Both the position numbers and the translations under genes were made by a program. From Phoronis australis (lineage: Eukaryota > Animalia > Phoronida), in NCBI GenBank assembly GCA_002633005.1, contig NMRA01000608.1, forward strand, positions 91,067 to 155,066: a DNA stretch of 64,000 nt, in the 5' to 3' direction. Below are positions 60,861-64,000 of the stretch, piece by piece (within the stretch, counting starts at the first letter, position 1; every line of letters begins with the position of its first letter). A model generated the notes under the pieces. That model saw only the letters and a program-made list of their open reading frames with translations. It searched no databases and was not told where the DNA came from.

Positions 60861-62463
60861 GAACGTGGAAGACCCAACACTGGCTATGAAGGTTTAGTAA
60901 CAGTTATGCCTTTGATTCTTTGTATAAACCCAAGATTGACAGTCACTGTGACCTTTTTTGACTTTTCTGAGCATTTACAAGTGGATAAAAGCAACTAATT
61001 AACCTTGTATTCCATTCAGACTATGGAAGGGCTAGTATTACATGACTGATGACATCACAAACTGTTTTGTGGTACCCCTTTTTACTAATACCAATGTGTG
61101 CAATGTCACTTGACCTGCACCCAGATGAAGCTTATCTTGAGGATAGTGAGAACAAAAAAATATTGTCCAGCGTTACATTCAAAATGTAAAAATTAATATA
61201 GAAGTTTTTGGTTTCATTATATATTTATTAAGTGCTGCTTCAGTAATTTGACTATTACCTTGAGACACCCTGGTTCACACAGTTACAAGTTTCAATTGTT
61301 TTGCTTTAACTTTCCGATGTGTCACATGAAATAGGCAAGTTAGCACTGCTTGTTCTCTATGGTTGCACTGTGGTTGGAGTGTAACTCCCGGGTGTTATTT
61401 TGGCTTAATAACCACTTCATTCTTATTTCCTGTTTCTATGAAGTTGGCCATTTTTCTTGGGCTGAAGCAGCACTCAATATTTATCAACATGAAACGTTTC
61501 ATTAGCATGCAACACAGCGAGTGAAACAGTCACTACTAAAGATTGATCACTCTGGCATGTGTAACAATTTCTTGCTACTGTCCACACTGAATAAGGACAA
61601 TTTCAGCTAAGACTAAAGTTCAGATGACAAGAACACATCCAGTTGAACAGCACTGTTAAAACGTTTTGCTATACCAGTGATGTTGGGGTCGAACTTGCGT
61701 CTAACCACACTGCCACCGTGGGTTAATGTACGTTTAGCAGAGCACGATCACAAATTTAAAGCTACCTCTGTTTTCAGTTTCAAAACCAGAAGAAGAGCCG
61801 AGTTCACAATAAAAACGAAACTATTTTCTTTAATCTATGGAGACATTTTGCAACCTTCGCTTTTTAGCGAAAACCATCCCACCAAACAGCATTGGTAATT
61901 GATGACGTGATGATCACAAACTAAAACTTTAAAAAAGGCTTTGATAACCCAGACCTTCAAATCACAGGTCCCACGTGTAGGCAGCACTAAACATTGTTCT
62001 CTAAATACCCTATGGCCATTTAGCGAATATTTCAATACATCGTCACTATATTGGACAATTGCTGTAGATACGTACTCTGACAATGGCCAACAGCAGCTTC
62101 ATTACGCTGAGTCATCGGGAAGTTCCTTGGTTTATCTTTTCTCTTTAACTAGTCACATCACCAATACTTCAAAGTATAGTCCCAACAGAAATCACTCAAA
62201 GCTTAAAACGCGTGTTACAGAATTAATGTTAATGGGCATAAAATATATAAAGTTCTGATGTTCGAAAATGACTGAGGAACGACTAACCGATGAAAAACAA
62301 AATATGTTAGAGGCTGGTAAGAGCAGGCTGCCATTTACCAACTCTATGAGGAACATGAACAAGATATGCTGTTGCTTCTAACTAACAACAGTTCCATGAA
62401 GACTGACATCTATACACAACGAGCTTATTTCTGTGTAAAAACCAAGTAAAGCTTAGACTCAGG

Positions 62464-63472
62464 TTATCGCTTCTCCATTTTTGGCTTGGGAGGCTTAAAC
62501 CCTTTGGACTTTTTCTTGCTGCCTGTTTTGAAGCTTCTCCAACTATCTACTCGACCGGCCCTGCTCTCCTGTAATGAAGAGCAAAAAGATGTGAGAACTG
62601 CAACTGGTAGGCACAAAATTATGAAATAAACACAAAATCTGAGATACACAAGCTTGATATGCACTGCCCCACAGACAACTTACTTTTGAGGTTACAATGA
62701 ACCTTTTGAAGTCCACTTGTGTTGCATTGAATGTCTTTAACTGTGAAATGTTGACCCAACAAAAGTACACAAATGTATATGAATTCCGAATGCTTGCTGA
62801 ACGAAAATCCAATTATATCTCACAAAGAAGAACATTAACCATTATTGATGTTACTTTAAACAAAATCACAAATCCCTGACTGTTCCCTTACTTGTTTACT
62901 ATTCACGTAACTATAGAAACTTATGTAAACAGCCCAGCAAAATGCCCACATCTAGGCTCTGCATACATTGTCATTATTGAAATGACCAAACACCTTGTCC
63001 AACTCCCTGTCTAACACAGTCTCAGTCATTCCAGCTTGTTGATTATGCGGAGTGGACGGGCACTGTTCAACAGATACAAAACACTAGACGGGGAATAGTA
63101 ACTAAGATGGAAAAATATGGCTCCAAGATAACCAGGGATCAGCCTTTTTAGATAAGGAAACATCAAAAATATCTACTTTCCTATAAAATCAAAAAAGGAA
63201 TGTTATTTGCAATCATGTGACCAACGTTTTTTGACTTGAGCAATGGTGAATTTCTACAAAAATCCAGTTTATTGATTCATCCATTTATAATTTTAAAATT
63301 TTAACACCGACAAAAAATTTCACATACAAAATAATATCAGTTTGCACACAACTTTCCAGGAGCTGCAAATTCCAACATTACTTGTGAAGTACAAACCTCA
63401 AAATTCTTGTTCCACTCCTTCTGAACTTTCTGCCTTTCTTCTTCCTCTGCATCTTCCTGGGCTTTACGTTTA
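62464..63472 (-). CDS. DNAJC8: DnaJ subfamily C member 8 (Spf31), last two coding exons; the 5' part lies beyond the window
   Basis: Exons 63472-63397 (KRKAQEDAEEEERQKVQKEWNKNFE) and 62568-62464 (ESRAGRVDSWRSFKTGSKKKSKGFKPPKPKMEKR*). These match the DNAJC8 signature EWxKNFEESRxGRVDSWRxF...PPKxKMExR. Confidence 0.9.
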
Positions 63473-63585
63473 CTGAAATACAATAATCCTTGATAATACA
63501 ATAATCCTTGATACGACAAACATTCATACAACAAACAATTATTCATACCATAATTATTCCGACCACAATCAATTATTTAAACCAA

Positions 63586-63716
63586 AAGCATTTTTAAGTC
63601 TGGTCTGCACGCCACCTGTTGACCGCATCACGCGACCTAATGAACTTAAGTCTGAAAAGACATCTGCAACGACCGGGACTTGAACCCGGGACCTTTTGCT
63701 AACCATGCAGATGCTC
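63586..63716 (-). mobile_element. tRNA-derived SINE, inverted copy
   Basis: Reverse complement contains GGGTTCAAGTCCCGG and the same core. Confidence 0.8.
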
Positions 63717-63799
63717 CAGTCCACAGAGACATCGCGTCCACTGGTCTAACACAGAAATCCAATCAGACATAGCATCCCGCCCAGTTCGACCAGTGATCT

Positions 63800-63995
63800 T
63801 GATGGCTCAGTGGAGTAGAGCTTCCACACAGTTAGCAGAATATCCCAGGTTCAAGTCCCGGTGGGGCAGAAATCTTTTCAGACTTATATTCATTAGGCCA
63901 CGTGATGTGGCCAATAGGTGGGGTGCAAACCAGACTTAAAAACGTTTGTGATCTATATTTCTATGCCGTCAAGATTTACATATTCCTAATTATAC
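63800..63995 (+). mobile_element. tRNA-derived SINE, near full length
   Basis: A box TGGCTCAGTGG, B box GGTTCAAGTCC (63848-63858), and the shared core. Confidence 0.85.
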
Positions 63996-64000
63996 AAATA

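Noticed and set aside
63800-63870. Apparent tRNA gene
   Set aside because: It continues into a core shared with two other dispersed copies, so it is a SINE head.

Overview
This is intron-rich animal genomic DNA, AT-rich with GT-AG introns, MITEs and tRNA-derived SINEs. It is probably a lophotrochozoan or similar marine invertebrate, but the taxon cannot be fixed from the sequence alone. Four protein-coding genes were reconstructed by hand from splice signals and reading phase. (1) A Quaking/How STAR RNA-binding gene on the minus strand (ATG 30880 to about 9221). (2) DDX18/Has1 DEAD-box helicase on the minus strand (50913-40017, 12 coding exons, about 632 aa), whose last intron looks U12-type. 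(3) A TPR-less two-STI1-domain protein on the plus strand (51141-58605, about 311 aa), head-to-head with DDX18. (4) The last two exons of DNAJC8 on the minus strand. The main finding is in the Quaking gene. The QUA2 RNA-recognition exon is present as two tandem, diverged 121-nt copies with the same phase, i.e. candidate mutually exclusive exons. The gene also has a 75-nt cassette exon, two alternative C-termini, a dense cluster of Quaking's own ACUAAY sites around the distal terminal exon, and a 19-nt repeat with a candidate docking partner. Other observations are tandem repeats anchored on 5' splice sites in three genes, MITE families with 6-, 5- and 9-bp TSDs, a decayed hAT element, and a probable haplotype-duplication artefact at the NN gap. 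Most ORFs in the supplied track are spurious. All exon models are unverified predictions with no expression data.
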